This document shows, one piece after another, positions 62,300 to 64,000 of a stretch of DNA of 64,000 nt; the first letter of the stretch is position 1; every line of letters begins with the position of its first letter. Source of the stretch: Felis catus. Its lineage: Eukaryota. The notes below the pieces were generated by a model, which saw nothing but the letters and a program-made list of their open reading frames with translations, was not told the origin of the DNA and made no database searches. The DNA lies in assembly GCF_018350175.1 (NCBI RefSeq), contig NC_058368.1, positions 211,422,001 to 211,486,000 of the forward strand. The letters are read 5' to 3'. A program made the position numbers and the translations under genes.

Positions 62300-62707
62300 T
62301 TTTTTTTTTATTTAAATTCAAGTTAATTAACATACAGTGTAGTATTGGTTTCAGGAGAACCCAGTGATTCATCACTTCCATATAACACCCAGTGCTCACC
62401 CCCAACAAGTGCCCTCCTTAATGCCCATCACCCACTTAGCCCATCCCCCCACCTACTCCCCTCCAGCACCCCTCAGACTGTTCTCTGTATTTAAGAGAGT
62501 TTCTTATGGTTTGCCTCTCTGTTTCTATCTTATTTTTCCTTCCCTTCCCCTATGTTCATCTGTTGTGCTTCTTAAATTCCACATGAATGAAATCATATCA
62601 TACTTGTCTTTCTCTGACTTACTTCTCTCAGCATAACACACTCTGGCTCCATCCATGTTGCTGCAAATGGCAAGGTTTCATTCTTTTTGATCACCGAGTA
62701 ATATTCC

Positions 62708-62759
<52 letters not shown>

Positions 62760-62903
62760 AATCTTCTTTATCCATTCATCAGTAGATGGGCATTTAGGCT
62801 CTTTCCATAATTTGGCTACTGTTGATAATGCTGCTATAAACATTGGGGTGCATGTGCCCCTTCCAATCAGCACTTTTGTATCCTTTGGATAAACACCTAG
62901 TAG
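62300..62903 (-). mobile_element. 5'-truncated carnivore L1 (ORF2 C-terminus + 3'UTR + tail) with (CA)n at ~62709-62758
   Basis: ORF 62691..62933 LLGVYPK...TCTPMFIAALSTVAKLWKEPKCPSTDEWIKK is the L1 ORF2 C-terminal motif. Confidence 0.9.
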
Positions 62904-63339
62904 TTCAACAGACCTCTTCTTAAGGAATTGCACTGACTCTTAGCTTTTTCTCAGGAACCTCAGCCTCATGGGCTGCTTTTTCCCTTCAGTGACCAACCCT
63001 CAGTCTGGCAGCGACATGACAGAGAGTGGAACATCAAGTATGTAAAGGCTCCAGGCAAGCATATCATGTTTACTGGGGGATGGCTTTGAAGAACAGGAGG
63101 ACTTGTTTCCACAGGGCAGCAGTTGGTCTGCTGCCCTCCAAGCAGCTTCTTCCAAGCAAACTACACGCATCCTACCATCCATTCTACTATTCCCTTGCAA
63201 AGTACATGCTTTCATAACCTTACAAGTACCAGAATGGAACATTAAGAGTTTGCCTATTCTTGGCACATGACTAGATAAAGATCAATGGAAAGAATCATTT
63301 AATATGACAATTGGCAATCCTTTAAAACAGTGCTGTAGA

Positions 63340-63558
63340 GGGGCACCTGGGTGGATCATTCAGTTAAGCATCTGACTTCAGCTCAGGTCATGATCTCGTG
63401 GTTCATGAGCTCAAGCCCTGCATCAGGCTTTGTGCTGACAGCTCAGGGTCTGGAGCCTGCTTTGGATTCTGTGTCTCCCTCTCTCTCTGCCCCTCCCCTG
63501 CTCATGCTCTGTCTTGCTCCCTCTCAAAAATAAATAAACATTAAAAAATTTTTTTTAA
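63340..63558 (+). mobile_element. SINEC_Fc followed by a short L1 3'-end fragment (to ~63660)
   Basis: Head/CT/tail, then gttgaatcactatgttatatacctgaagctaatataacactg and an A-rich tail. Confidence 0.85.
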
Positions 63559-64000
63559 ATGATGTTGAATCACTATGTTATATACCTGAAGCTAATATAA
63601 CACTGTACGTTTATTACACTGGAATAAAAATAAAAATAAAGTAAAATAAAATAAGAAAATGAGATCCCAACTCATACACAAACCATGTAAGGTGATGAAG
63701 AATGTAAACATTACAACAGAAAAAACGTGAAAAAATACTAGAAGAATACATAGGTGACTATTTCCACAATCTTAGGGTGAAGGGGTCCTAACTCAAATGA
63801 TACAAAAGCTTCAAGAGAAGCTTGTATTCTGCTTATTCCTTGGAACATACCTTCCAAATGCAGTTAATAGTAACTTTTAAGGTAGATGTATTCAAGTAGG
63901 CAAAGGAAAAAAAATAAATTACAATATGTCCAATTATTTTGAAAAATACAATTGCTGCTTAAAGATTAAGTCTCCTTTTAAAATAGAATTTCAGACACAT

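Noticed and set aside
2190..63533. Many similar short ORFs (MAQSVKRPTSAQVMISR...) suggesting a peptide family
   Set aside because: All are translations of CAN-SINE copies

Overview
Mammalian genomic DNA from a felid, judged by about 29 tRNA-derived CAN-SINE/SINEC_Fc elements. It holds two tandem minus-strand protein-coding genes in the order known from human 5p13. The first is the 3' part of RAI14 (ankycorbin): 11 coding exons from 62156 down to the TAG stop at 44655, then a ~1.85 kb 3'UTR with AATAAA at 42814-42819. The second is the 5' part of TTC23L: a CpG-island promoter at ~37.0-37.9 kb with two RFX X-box-like motifs, ATG at 35929, and 7 coding exons down to 10192; its remaining exons appear to lie left of the window. 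I checked all exon boundaries and reading-frame phases by hand. Notable points: (1) a U12-type AT-AC minor intron in TTC23L (15674-17151) that contains a decayed U6 snRNA pseudogene and a G18 run; (2) a full-length RPL35A processed pseudogene; (3) a five-SINE pile-up in which two inverted copies share private variants, suggesting gene conversion; (4) the same GTTGGTGAG overlapping donor in both genes; (5) candidate poison exons. The rest is ordinary L1/L2/MIR/LTR/MER repeat debris, and most short ORFs in the track are spurious. I see no convincing evidence of a wholly new biological system. Repeat boundaries and subfamily names are approximate and come from recall, not a database search.
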